A DNA stretch of 64,000 nt, taken from an uncultured delta proteobacterium. GTDB lineage: Bacteria > Myxococcota_A > Polyangia > Polyangiales > Polyangiaceae. The DNA is taken from contig CAWAIF010000003.1 in the NCBI GenBank assembly GCA_963782055.1, positions 6,112,001 through 6,176,000 of the forward strand. The letters run 5' to 3'. Positions within the stretch are counted from its first letter, which is position 1, and each line of letters begins with the position of its first letter. Below are positions 29,927 to 42,083 of the stretch, one piece after another. Under the pieces are notes generated by a model. That model saw only the letters and a list, made by a program, of their open reading frames with translations, did not search any database and had not been told where the DNA came from. The position numbers and the translations under genes are program-made.

Positions 29927-30994
29927 ATGAGCGCACCTCCCACCTTCCGCAACCTGCTCGACCTGGCCCGCCTCCCCTACTTCGAGGTGAAGGACGGCGG
30001 GCTGGTCCTGGCCGATCCCTCGCTCGGGCCGACGGTGGACGTCCACACCCACCTCGCCCTCTCCTACGTGCGCAAGCCGACGGTCGACCTGGGCCGGGAG
30101 ACGCCCAGCGCGGAGCTGTACCTGCGGGCGGACAAGCCGATCGACTTCGGCGTGTACATGAACCGCAACTTCGCGCCGTACGACCTGGCCGCCATCGAGC
30201 ACGACATGACGCGCGAGGTGCTCGGGCCGAACGGGATGCGGGCGACGCACACCCTGCCCAACCTGCTGCGCGACATGCGCAACCTGGGCGTGAGCCAGTG
30301 CGTGCTGCTGCCCATCGACTTCCCCTTCCTCTCCGAGAACTCGGAGACCTGGCTGAACCTGACGCGCGGCAACGAGCACGTGGTGTGCTTCGGATCGGTG
30401 CACCCCTACCGGCGCGACGTGCGCGGGCAGGTGCACAAGCTCGCCTCGATGGGCGCGCGCGGGCTCAAGTTCCACCCGGCGGTGCAGCTCGTCGCCGCGG
30501 ACGACCGGCGCGCGATGAAGCTGTACAAGCTGTGTGCAGACTACAAGCTTCCCATCCTCTACCACTGCGGCCCGGTGGACATCGAGACGCGCCTCGGGCG
30601 GCGGCTCTCGCAGGTGCGCCGCTACGAGCGCGCCATCGCCGAGAACCCGGGCTGCACCTTCGTGCTGGGGCACTCGGGGGCGCTGCAGATGGACGAGGCC
30701 ATCGCCTTCTCGCGCAAGTACGACAACGTCTACTACGAGATCGCCAGCCAGAGCCTGCCGGCGGTGGAGAGGCTCGTCGCCGAGCTGCCGCCCGGGCGCC
30801 TGATGACCGGCTCCGACTGGCCCTTCTACCACCCGGCCGTGCCCATCGCGAAGGTGCTGCTCGCGACCGAGGGCGACGAGGCCGCGCGCCGCGCGGTCCT
30901 CTACGACAACGCCGCCCGCCTCTTCGGGCTGCGACCACCCGAGAACCTCGACGTTCGAACGCCAGCCGCGCGCGCAGACACCAAGGTCAACTGA
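29927..30994 (+). CDS. Amidohydrolase family 2 protein
   Basis: DVHTH, KFHP, YHCG, LGHSG, GSDWP motifs. Confidence 0.88.
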   Translation: MSAPPTFRNLLDLARLPYFEVKDGGLVLADPSLGPTVDVHTHLALSYVRKPTVDLGRETPSAELYLRADKPIDFGVYMNRNFAPYDLAAIEHDMTREVLGPNGMRATHTLPNLLRDMRNLGVSQCVLLPIDFPFLSENSETWLNLTRGNEHVVCFGSVHPYRRDVRGQVHKLASMGARGLKFHPAVQLVAADDRRAMKLYKLCADYKLPILYHCGPVDIETRLGRRLSQVRRYERAIAENPGCTFVLGHSGALQMDEAIAFSRKYDNVYYEIASQSLPAVERLVAELPPGRLMTGSDWPFYHPAVPIAKVLLATEGDEAARRAVLYDNAARLFGLRPPENLDVRTPAARADTKVN

Positions 30995-31005
30995 TCCCCA
31001 AATCG

Positions 31006-31377
31006 TCACTCGGTCGCAGCATCGGATCCATACCCCGACTCGGGTGACGCGTCAGCACCACCGTCGCGCGGAACACAAATACTGGCGCCCTGTACATCCA
31101 CCTCGCAACCCCAGACATGATGCTGGCAGACGCAGAGCCACGCATCGACTGGGGGCGCGTCCGTACCTGGACACTCGCCGCGACCGATCAGGTAGTGGCA
31201 CGTCGTGTCTCCACCACACGCCCCCGAGGGTAGATCGGCCTTTGCGAGGTACGCGCCGACCATTGCATCACCCCGCGGGCCGCATGTGTCCGGCGCCTCC
31301 TGCCCGCCACAGGCAACCGTGAAGAAGGACACCGAAATCAGCACGGCGCCCAGGGCGAATCCATCCATTCCGCGCAT
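31006..31377 (-). CDS. Small Cys-rich lipoprotein
   Basis: FTVAC lipobox, multiple Cys; last gene of a three-gene minus-strand cassette. Confidence 0.65.
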   Translation of the reverse strand: MRGMDGFALGAVLISVSFFTVACGGQEAPDTCGPRGDAMVGAYLAKADLPSGACGGDTTCHYLIGRGECPGTDAPPVDAWLCVCQHHVWGCEVDVQGASICVPRDGGADASPESGYGSDAATE

Positions 31378-31383
31378 CTGGCC

Positions 31384-32280
31384 CTACCACTGTGGCGCCG
31401 ACTCCGCAGGCAGTGGCACGACCTCACTCGGAAGATGAAGCTCGGTCCCGTCCTGCGCAAAGTGGCGAAGGGAGGCCCCATCCATCACGTCATATGAGGC
31501 AAATACTACGAACGGGACATCGTGCCAACCAGAGTGACGAATCACCACCGCCCCCGGAAGAGCGCCCGTCGGGAGGAGTGCCTGGTACGCAACGAGCTGT
31601 ACCGGATCACTCACCATGGCCTGAAGAGCATGGGCGTCGTCGACGACGGAGTGCGGGAACGCAGGCCACCAAACCTGCTCGTAGCTCGTCATTGTACCGT
31701 CAGCGACCTCAATGGCACTTGCAATTGAGTCCGTAACGGGTACCCCCTCCACGCCGCGCTGCAGCACGGACGCAAAGGCTCGGGTCGTTCCCGGCACACC
31801 ATGCTGAGCCTGCACTTGCTCGATCCTCCCGTCAGTCAACAGTCCCACGCCTATCACCTGATCCGGCGGCAAGCCACGACCCAGGTAGTAATTCATGACC
31901 GCTTGATTGTGAGCAGCCCCAGACATCGTATAAGCCGGAGCGTTTTCGTAGGGAGACGTAGCATTGGAAACAGCCATCGTACCACCCGTCGCCAGGTACG
32001 TGGCAAAGACGCCCAGCGTACCGCGGACACGGTCGAAGCCTTGACCCTGAGTGTCGCTCATGAATGCCCCAAGAGCGAATGACGAGACCCTTTGCGTGAA
32101 GTAGAAACCGGGCACGTCGCCACTAGACGCTTGCGATTGATCGGCGGTGCCATCCGGCTCCCGGGGCGCAGTACTACATCCGTCTGCCACCACCATCATC
32201 AGGACCCATGCCAATACTTCCACGCCTCGCGCACTGAACTTCACCATGGCTTCTCTCCACGACAGCGCTGCTGAACTCAC
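31384..32280 (-). CDS. Hypothetical secreted/lipoprotein
   Basis: Hydrophobic leader ..VVADGC; GTG 32280 overlaps the upstream stop (alternative ATG 32247). Confidence 0.65.
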   Translation of the reverse strand: MSSAALSWREAMVKFSARGVEVLAWVLMMVVADGCSTAPREPDGTADQSQASSGDVPGFYFTQRVSSFALGAFMSDTQGQGFDRVRGTLGVFATYLATGGTMAVSNATSPYENAPAYTMSGAAHNQAVMNYYLGRGLPPDQVIGVGLLTDGRIEQVQAQHGVPGTTRAFASVLQRGVEGVPVTDSIASAIEVADGTMTSYEQVWWPAFPHSVVDDAHALQAMVSDPVQLVAYQALLPTGALPGAVVIRHSGWHDVPFVVFASYDVMDGASLRHFAQDGTELHLPSEVVPLPAESAPQW

Positions 32281-32876
32281 GGCCTCTCAAACGGTATTCC
32301 TACGACATCCCAATTACAGAAGTAGTCAAACACGAGGTCCTGCTTACCCTGCGCATCCCGACCGTCATCCTGCACGGAATACCAATCCTCGGAGTCCATG
32401 TGCGCTTCTGCCAGCACAAAACTTGTGTCGGCAGACAGCGCCACCTGACAACCGCATCCATTCATGCCGAATCCGCCGCCCCACGAGAAGTCGTCGGGAT
32501 GTGAAGAGTCGCAGTTGAACCCCTCTTTCTGAGGCTCCTTCACCATGGTGCGCAGCCATGCGTGCTCGACGGACACCAAAGGATTCACGACATACTCGTC
32601 GGCAAGATCCTCGCCACGCGTTGCTATCGCTCCGGTGTCACCCGTGACCGGCATATCTGTCCCCAGCCAGTGGAGGCCGCCCAACGCGGGCCAAAGCCAT
32701 TCCTGGTACATGTCTGGCTTCACGCCGTGACTCTCATCAAGAATGGCAACGTTCAGTCCGCCGTTGACTCCCGCGTTGTCCCATGGCCCACTCGTCGGTG
32801 ACTCTCCCCACGCGACCAGCCCTCCCCCAATGTCGACTTGGTTGCCATAGGTCGCCACACCGGGTTGACCGTTCAA

Positions 32877-34531
32877 CCTAGATTTCGCTCCATTCCGGCG
32901 ACGGTTGCATGATGCACGCTCCTGAAAATCGACGCGCGCCCTGGAATTTAGCGCTCGGCGCGCCGGTTGATGGAGTTGATGAAGACAACAGCAAGCGACA
33001 CGCCGAGCACCCAGAAGGTGCGACGAGAGCAGCTCGGAAGCAAGCGTCCCGAGGGGTGGGAGTGGCAGCGGGCGAATCGCCGGGTGCGGCGAGCACGCGC
33101 GAGCGGGCTGGAGGTGGGGCGGCCGGACCCGAGGTTGTCGGGACTCGGGGGCCTCGCGTCCTTCAACGCGTTCGTGCAGGGGATTGGACTCGGGCGTCGG
33201 CTTCGGCGGGACTTCGGGCACCTCAAGACCGGAGCGCAGGTGGTCTATCCGATGGCGGCGCAGATTCAGCTTCTGCTCGACGCGTCGGTGGCGGGAGCGC
33301 GGCGCATCTTCGACTTCGAGGTGCTCGCGACGGACCCGGTGTTCCGGCACCTCGCCGGCGGCATCGTGCCGAGCATCGACGTGCTCTACGACGATCTGCG
33401 GCGCTTCACGGGCCGCGAGCTCGAGAGGCTGGAAGAGCTGATGGCCGAGCAGGGGCTCGAGCCGCTCACCAAGCTCCGCGCCAAGGAGCTGACCATCGAC
33501 GTGGACACGACGGTGACGCCGCTGTTCGGCGAGCAAGAGGGAGCGCACGTCGGCTACAACCCGCGCTACCACGGCCGCGTGAGCTATCACCCGATCCTGG
33601 CGCGCATCGCCGAGACCGATACGATGCTCGGAGCGCGGCTGCGGCCGGGCGACACGGGCATCGGCGAGGACGACGTCGAGGACATCGCGCAGTGGATCGG
33701 ACGGCTGCATCGCGCCGCGCCGAAAGCCGTGGTGACGATGCGGATCGACTCCGGCGGAGAGTCTGCAGCGCTGCTTTCTGCGGTCGAGCGCGGCGGGGCG
33801 TACTTCGTGGCGAAGATGCGGCAGACCGCCAACCTGATGAGCGCCGTCGCGCGCACGACGCGCTGGCGCACGACCGATCGCGATGCCTTCGGCGAGCCGA
33901 CGCGACAGGTCGCCGTGGTGGACTTCCGCCGCGACGACTGGCCTCCCGGCTGGCGCGTGGTGGCGGTGCGGACCAGCGAGCGCGACACCGGCAAGCAGGT
34001 CCACCTCTGGGAGGACCTCGACTACTCGGCGCAGGTCTACCTGACCAACGATCACGACCGCGACGCCGACGACGTGGCGCGCTTCTACGACGGCCGGGCG
34101 GGGATCGAGCCGCTCTTCGCCGAGCTCAAGAACGCCTTCGGCATCGGCTACGCCCCGACGAACACCTTCGACGCCAACGAGGCCGCGTTGCTGCTCAAGC
34201 TGCTGGCCTACAACCTGATGCGTCGCTGGGTGCTGTCGCTGTGCCCGGGGACCGCCGTGGCACACTGGCGCGCGACCTGGATGCGTCGCGCCTGCGTCCT
34301 GGTGCCCGCTCGCCTGCTGCGCGTCGGGGGTCGCTGGCAGCTGCGACTCGCTCCTCGCCCGATGCTGAATTGACCGGCACACAACTTGGTTTGCGAGGCG
34401 GGGGAAAGGGGGACGTGTGCTCACGCTACGCGCTTATCGTGCGCGGCAGCCGTGCCGGGCACCGATCCGGGACGCGCCGACCCGTGCGACGCCCGCGCCC
34501 GCTCCGAGGACCGGTGCGAGCGAAATCCAGG
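32877..34531 (+). mobile_element. IS1380-family insertion sequence
   Basis: Terminal IRs CCTAGATTTCGCTC / GAGCGAAATCCAGG; 5-bp target duplication TTCAA (32872-76, 34532-36). Confidence 0.92.
32967..34373 (+). CDS. IS1380-family DDE transposase
   Basis: TIDVDTT..GEQEG..YHP, RIDSGG, YDGRAGIE..ELK motifs. Confidence 0.92.
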   Translation: MMELMKTTASDTPSTQKVRREQLGSKRPEGWEWQRANRRVRRARASGLEVGRPDPRLSGLGGLASFNAFVQGIGLGRRLRRDFGHLKTGAQVVYPMAAQIQLLLDASVAGARRIFDFEVLATDPVFRHLAGGIVPSIDVLYDDLRRFTGRELERLEELMAEQGLEPLTKLRAKELTIDVDTTVTPLFGEQEGAHVGYNPRYHGRVSYHPILARIAETDTMLGARLRPGDTGIGEDDVEDIAQWIGRLHRAAPKAVVTMRIDSGGESAALLSAVERGGAYFVAKMRQTANLMSAVARTTRWRTTDRDAFGEPTRQVAVVDFRRDDWPPGWRVVAVRTSERDTGKQVHLWEDLDYSAQVYLTNDHDRDADDVARFYDGRAGIEPLFAELKNAFGIGYAPTNTFDANEAALLLKLLAYNLMRRWVLSLCPGTAVAHWRATWMRRACVLVPARLLRVGGRWQLRLAPRPMLN

Positions 34532-35162
34532 TTCAACTCAGTGTAGTGCGGCTGTGTATATAGACAGTATCGCTTGAACGGCGCCTGAAGACACACTCCC
34601 GGCAGCGTCGTGCCAAGGAGAGGGGCATTACAATCGGATGCGCTCTGGCAGTAGCTGTCGTCTTTGATGAGGTTGGATCCGTGACCAGAATAATAGGCTA
34701 TCGCTGCATTCGGACTATCCCAGAGATCCCCAAATCCCAGCGCACCTAGGTCCGGATCACAGAACGCCCAGTCAATCACGTTGCTGTCGCGATAAACCCA
34801 CAGATTCTCGTAAGGGGACGCGGGATTCCAGGCCGCGTTCCCGAGCGCCATTCCCGTGAGGAATCCTGCGGTGTTCTCGTTGGAATAGCGGAGGTTGTTC
34901 CCGCCATCGCCACCGTAGTCGTTCACGCTCCAGCCGATCAGATAGGGACCCGCCATTGCGCTATTGCAGAGCAACGCGCATCCCAGCCCCAAGAACCAAC
35001 CAACCACTCCCCTCGCTCGATGCCTACCCCCCCCCAGCTTTCCCCACATCGCCATAGCCGCCTCCCTGTCGTGCGATCTAGTCACAACGACACAGCTAGG
35101 TACATTCTACGTTTGCCACCTCATCCGTGCAAGCAAAAGTGTACTCCGCAGGCATCTACATC

Positions 35163-36897
35163 TGGTGCAGATCTTCTCCGGCGGCGTGAAGCGGCGTGAT
35201 TCCGTCGGGTTGCGGGAACTTCCCGGGGCGGCGTGATGGTTGTTCCGGCGAAGGCCTGGAGCCTTGGACAGGAGCCGCTGATGAGCGCCGCACGAACAGA
35301 TCTGGTCGGGACGGCGGAGACGCCGTTCGCCCGAGCGAGGGCCCACGCCGCGAGGGTCGAGGGTATGCTGACGAGCGACGAGATGACCCGCAAGTCGCAC
35401 TCCGAGCTCGAAGAGATGCTGGAAGGGCAGGGCCGCGAGTGGGCGCGGCTCATGCTGGAGGCGAACCTTCGGCTCCGCGCGCAGCTCGAGAGGCGCACCG
35501 AGGTGGTCGGCGACGATGGCGTGGAGCGCGACCATGCCCGCGACAGCGAGCGCCATCTCGAGACCGTGCTCGGTCGCGTGCCGGTGCAGCGGTGCAGCGG
35601 TGCAGCGGCTCGCGTACCAGGCGCCGGGCAGCAGCGACCTTCACCCGATGGACGCGGCGCTGAACCTGCCGCGCGAGATGTTCTCGCACGGCGTTCGTCG
35701 GTACGTCGCGCGAAAGGCCGCGAGCATGTCGTTCGACGAGGTGGTCGACGATCTGCGGGAGACCGGCGCGTCGATCGCGAAGCGGCAGGTCGAAGACCTG
35801 ACGATCCGCGCGGCACAGGACTTCGACGCGTTCTACGAGCAGCGCGCCGCCGCCCGCGATCCGAAGGACGACCTGCTGGTCAACAGCACGGACGGCAAGG
35901 GGATCGTGATGCGTCACGAGGACCCTCGGGAGGGCACCCGCCGCGCGGCGGAGAAGCGCGGCCGCAAGCTCGAGACGCGGCTGACGCCGGGTGAGAAGAG
36001 CAACAGGAAGCGCATGGCGCAGGTCGCGACGGTGTACCTGGTCGCGCCGTTCCCGCGCGGGCCGGCGGACATCATCCATTCGCTGCGCAAGCCCGACGAG
36101 GTCGACGCGAAGCGGCCACGGCCGACGGACAAGCGCGTGTGGGCCAGCGTCGAGACGGCTCCCCGCGAGGTCATTCGGGAAGCGTTTGCCGAGGCGCTGC
36201 GGCGCGACCCCAAGAACGAGCGGCGATGGGTCGTGCTCGTCGACGGCGAGCCGAAGCAGCCGCGCGCGGTGAAGGCCGAGGCGCGGCGCGCGGGCGTGAA
36301 GGTGACGATCCTCGCCGACGTCGTGCACGTGCTCGAGTACATCTGGGCGGCGGCGCGCGCGCTCTTCGGAGGGAGCAACGCGAAGGCGGAGAGCTGGGTC
36401 GGCGACCGGCTGCTCGCGCTGCTCACCGGCCGCACCGGTGGCGAGCTCGCCAAGACGATCCGATGGTGGGCGGCGAGGGCGAAGAAGCTCGATGACGCCG
36501 CGCTCGCCGCCATCGACAAGACCTGCGCGTACCTCGCCGACCGCACGCGCACGCGGCTGCTCGGGTACAAGGACGCGTTGCGCGACGGGTTGCCCATCGC
36601 GACCGGCGTCATCGAGGGCGCCTGCCGCTACGTCGTCAAGGACCGGATGGACCGCACGCGGGCGCGATGGTCGCTCACCGGCGCGGAGGCCGTGCTGCGC
36701 CTGCGCGCCCTCCGAGCGTCCAAGGACTTCGACGCCTACTGGGCCTTCCACCTCGAGCAAGAGAGCGAGCGGAACCATGCGTCACGCTACGCGGACGCCA
36801 AGATCCCTGACCCGCTGCCGCCGCCGGAGCCGAGGCTCAAGAGGGTCAAGTGATCGATCTTGCTGTGATTGGACCCCGCCGGAGAGGAGCCGCACCC
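35163..36897 (+). mobile_element. ISKra4-family insertion sequence
   Basis: IRs TGGTGCAGATCTTCTCCGGCGG / CCGCCGGAGAGGAGCCGCACCC; direct repeat ATCTACATC (35154-62, 36898-906). Confidence 0.85.
35281..36853 (+). pseudogene. ISKra4 transposase, frameshifted
   Basis: STDGKGIVM, DVVHVLEY, PIATGVIEGACR..KDRMD motifs; frame broken by CGGTGCAG x3 at ~35582-35605. Confidence 0.85.
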
Positions 36898-36988
36898 ATC
36901 TACATCTCCGGGGAAGGTGCGGGGACGGGGGGACGGGGTAGGAGGTCATGTGCCCACCACGTGGCACGCATGCATCCTCCGGCACCTG

Positions 36989-38686
<1,698 letters not shown>

Positions 38687-38758
38687 GGTCCTCCAGGTGG
38701 CAAGACGGCAGGATCCATGGATATCGCAGCGTGCGCCCGCGTCAAGCGAGCCCGGGGC

Positions 38759-40789
38759 TCACTGGATGATGTGGGAGCGGATGCGCTGGAAGAGGACGTC
38801 GAAGAAGGGGTTCTCCGTCGACGGCTCGCCGGGGCGGGGGCAGATGGAGGCGACGACGCCCTGGTCGCCCAGGCCCTCGGCGAGGCGGAGCTGGCGGATC
38901 GTCGGGTAGGCCTTGCCGCGGATCTGGATCTTGCGGTTGTTCGGGTCGCAGAGGGGCGGGCCGTCGGCGCTGGTCGCGGAGCCGACGCAGTCGCAGGACG
39001 GGGCGAACTGCGGGTCGGTGCAGTCCTTCGGCGTCGTGAGCGGGAAGGTGCACGCATACTGCAGGTCGAGGCCGACGGGGCTCTTGTGGGTGTTCCACTC
39101 CCGGCCGTGGATGGGATCGGTGTCGTCGGCGGCGGAGGGGGGCGGCAGACCGGCGCGCGGGTCGATGGACTCCAGCATGTGTGGGTCGATGCCCTCGGTC
39201 TGGTAGGTCGCCGGATCCTTGCCGACGATGCGCTGCCAGTCGCCGGCGGTCAGCGTCGACTTGAGCGGGGCGGTGGTGTTGAAGGGATCCTGCGCGAGGA
39301 GCTGCCAGGGCACGCCGCCGATGATGAGGTAGTAGACGAGGCCGGTGCCGCGCGGGCCGTCGTCCAGGTGGCAGAGATCGCCGTTGGGGTCCGTCGGCAG
39401 CGAGGCGGCGAAGAGGGGGTTCTGGCAGTCCTTGGTGCCGACGTAGCTCCCGTTGCCGTTCGGGTGCTCGCCGTCACGATCGGGGACGGTGCGGGAGGTG
39501 AGGCCGTCCACGTAGCGCGAGACGGGGAACTGCGGGTCGTAGCCGTAGCGGCGCTTCATGTCGTTGGTGTAGCGGACGTTGATGCCGTCCTGCTGCAGCG
39601 TGTAGAAGCCCTGGCAGTTGTTCCCGCAGGCGATCTGGCAGCTCGGGTCCTGCGAGATGGGCGTCCCCGACTTCGCCTTGTTGCCCACGAAGCCGCAGGA
39701 GGTGCAGTCGGGGTCGTTGGGGCCGGTGTGCATCGGGTCGTTGGGGTTGACCGGCTCGTCGCACTCGTGGGTGGCACGCGGGGCCGCCTGGCCGAAGGGG
39801 GAGCCGGGGTACGCGAGCGTGCGCGACACCCAGCCGCGACCGCCGAGGGCGAGAGGATCGCTCCACGAGTCCTCCTCGTCGGTGAGCTGGATGATCATCA
39901 CCAGCGAGTCGGGGCGCAGGAAGTCGTGGCGCTGCTTGAGGATGTTGGCGTCGATGCCAACGAGCTGCGCCTTGGCCGGGTTGCCGGAGTTGGGGTCCAG
40001 CGAGATCGCGTTCCACGGGTCGGGCTGGACGAGGAAGCGGTACCAGCTCTCCAGCTGGGCCTCCAGGCCGCAGCCGAACTCCTGCACACCGCCGACCAGG
40101 TCCTGGAAGTCGGTGGCGAAGGTCTGCTGGTCGGTCTCCTTCGGGACGTTGGGGCTCGGCTTGTTGGCGTTGGCCTGCACCGGCGGGAGCCAGGCGAGGA
40201 AGTCGCCGCCGGTGCCGTCCACCGGCTGCGCGTTGGCCACGGTGGCCTCCACGCCGGAGGGCGGCGGGTTGGCGAGGTCCGGCCGCTTGCGGTTGATGAG
40301 CTCGCCCTTGTCGTTGTTGTGGCGGCTGAGCTTGGCGAGCTGGGCGATGGGGTTCTTCGCGTCGTCCTGGCAGATGTCGGGGGCCCCGCCGCCGCCGAGG
40401 GACGAGGTGACGATGCCCACGTGGATGTCGACGAAGGGGGCGAACTCCCGCTGGGTGCCGGCGGGGCAGCTGCCGTTCTGCGCGGCGACGGGCGGCGCGT
40501 CCGGCTGCCCGGGGTTGATGCAGAAGGGGTTGACCAGGCGGTCGATGAAGTAGGGGATCGAGGCGTTGAGGAGCTCCTGCTTGTCGCCCATGGACGCGGA
40601 GTTGTCGATCGCGAACAGGACGTCCGCCTTGTTGGACTTGCTCAGCTTGGGCGGGCCCGCGTCGCCCGCGTCGCTCACCGTGCCCGCGTCGTGGTGTCCG
40701 TGGCCGAGGGAGGTGCGGCCTCCGCACGCCCCGACCACCGCCAGCACCGCCAGCACCAGAGGCGGCGCCATCCACTTCCCACGCTTCAT
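38759..40789 (-). CDS. Cys-rich lipoprotein with vWA/MIDAS-like motif
   Basis: VVGAC-GGRTSL lipobox; DVLFAIDNSASM (DxSxS), GCGLE, LTDEED. Confidence 0.8.
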   Translation of the reverse strand: MKRGKWMAPPLVLAVLAVVGACGGRTSLGHGHHDAGTVSDAGDAGPPKLSKSNKADVLFAIDNSASMGDKQELLNASIPYFIDRLVNPFCINPGQPDAPPVAAQNGSCPAGTQREFAPFVDIHVGIVTSSLGGGGAPDICQDDAKNPIAQLAKLSRHNNDKGELINRKRPDLANPPPSGVEATVANAQPVDGTGGDFLAWLPPVQANANKPSPNVPKETDQQTFATDFQDLVGGVQEFGCGLEAQLESWYRFLVQPDPWNAISLDPNSGNPAKAQLVGIDANILKQRHDFLRPDSLVMIIQLTDEEDSWSDPLALGGRGWVSRTLAYPGSPFGQAAPRATHECDEPVNPNDPMHTGPNDPDCTSCGFVGNKAKSGTPISQDPSCQIACGNNCQGFYTLQQDGINVRYTNDMKRRYGYDPQFPVSRYVDGLTSRTVPDRDGEHPNGNGSYVGTKDCQNPLFAASLPTDPNGDLCHLDDGPRGTGLVYYLIIGGVPWQLLAQDPFNTTAPLKSTLTAGDWQRIVGKDPATYQTEGIDPHMLESIDPRAGLPPPSAADDTDPIHGREWNTHKSPVGLDLQYACTFPLTTPKDCTDPQFAPSCDCVGSATSADGPPLCDPNNRKIQIRGKAYPTIRQLRLAEGLGDQGVVASICPRPGEPSTENPFFDVLFQRIRSHIIQ

Positions 40790-40854
40790 CGACCTTGCCT
40801 CATGACCGACAACCTTATCAGCTCGGCCGTGGCTTCTTTGGTAAGAAACGGGCG

Positions 40855-42027
40855 GTGGGGCTGTTCGACCGCTGGCTCGGCAAGGGACGGGAGGTGCGCG
40901 CGGCGCGCCGGGCGGAGCTGCGCGGCGAGCTCGCCCGCGCGGCGGAGCTCTACGGCCTCGCGGGCGCGCCGGAGGACGCGGCGCGCGTGATGATGCTGCG
41001 CGGCGACGCCGAGACCGACCTCCGCATTCGCATGCGCCACTACACGCAGGCGGTCGCCACCGCGCCGGAGAAGCACGCGGTGCGCGCGGAGGCGCGCCGC
41101 AAGCGCGCCAACCTGGTGATTGCGCAGCTCTCGGCGGGCGCGGCCTCGGCGGCGGGGCGACGGGAGCTGGCGGAGGCGGCCGGCGAGCTGCTGGCGGTGG
41201 GCGACGCGCTGAAGGCGGCCGAGGCGTTCCGGCTCGCGGGGGACGGCGAGGGCGAGGCGAAGGCGCTGGCGCAGGCAGGCGACGTGGAGCGGCTGGAGTT
41301 CCTGCTCACCGAGCAGCAGACGACCGACCGCGAGGCGCGCAAGAGATCGGAGCTCCACGCCGAGGTGGAGATGCTGGTGCAGTCCGGCCGCCGGCGCGAG
41401 GCGCTCGCCGCCGTCGAGACGTGGCTCGCGGCGCACGGCGATGACTCGGTGATGCGCGAGCGCGCCTCGGGGCTGCGGGGCAAGCGGGCGCTCGGGCCCA
41501 TCGCGCAGGTGTGGCTGGACGGCAAGCCCGCGCCCATCGTGCTCGGAGACGAGGTGGTGATCGGCCGCACCGAGGGCACGCTGCAGGTGCCCAGCCAGGC
41601 GGTGAGCCGCGCGCACGTGCGCATCGCGCGGGAGAAGGGCGAGGTGGTGGTGCGCGATCTGGGCAGCCGCAACGGCACGCAGCTCCGCGGGATGAACATC
41701 GCGGGCGCGCTGCCCGTCGGCGAGGGGGTGGAGCTCACGCTGGGCAAGGAGGTGCGCCTGCGAGTGGCGCCCTCGTCGGCGGTGGAGGGCGCGGCGCAGA
41801 TCGAGATCGGCGGCGCGACGTACGTGGCGCCGCTCGGCCCGGCGCGCATCCCCGGCACCGGCTGGGAGCTGCGGCAGGGGCCGGAGGCGTGGATCGAGCT
41901 CGTGGCGAACGATGCGCCGCCGCTGCTGGGCGACGTGAGCCTCGCCCCGCGGACGACCCTCCTGATCGGCGACGTGCTCACGAGCACGCGCGGCGGCAAG
42001 GAGATCCTCCGCGTCGTCGGCGAGTGA
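40855..42027 (+). CDS. FHA-domain protein with helical N-terminus
   Basis: IGR..VSRAH..DLGSRNGT FHA signature; GTG start inferred. Confidence 0.85.
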   Translation: MGLFDRWLGKGREVRAARRAELRGELARAAELYGLAGAPEDAARVMMLRGDAETDLRIRMRHYTQAVATAPEKHAVRAEARRKRANLVIAQLSAGAASAAGRRELAEAAGELLAVGDALKAAEAFRLAGDGEGEAKALAQAGDVERLEFLLTEQQTTDREARKRSELHAEVEMLVQSGRRREALAAVETWLAAHGDDSVMRERASGLRGKRALGPIAQVWLDGKPAPIVLGDEVVIGRTEGTLQVPSQAVSRAHVRIAREKGEVVVRDLGSRNGTQLRGMNIAGALPVGEGVELTLGKEVRLRVAPSSAVEGAAQIEIGGATYVAPLGPARIPGTGWELRQGPEAWIELVANDAPPLLGDVSLAPRTTLLIGDVLTSTRGGKEILRVVGE

Positions 42028-42028
42028 G

Positions 42029-42070
42029 CCTCACCCCCCGGCCCCCTCTCCCTGCGCGGGAGAGGGGGAG
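42029..42070. repeat. REP-like palindromic element between convergent genes
   Basis: CCTCACCCCCCGGCCCCCTCTCCC-TGCGC-GGGAGAGGGGG hairpin. Confidence 0.6.
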
Positions 42071-42083
42071 AAGAAGAGGGATT

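Larger units (their letters stand above)
32277..35055 (-). pseudogene. Secreted protein (YYSGHG, DUF6345-like) split by IS1380
   Basis: Removing 32877-34531 and one TTCAA gives an in-frame join (..HYTELN|GQPGVATY..) and a 373-codon gene with signal peptide. Confidence 0.85.
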
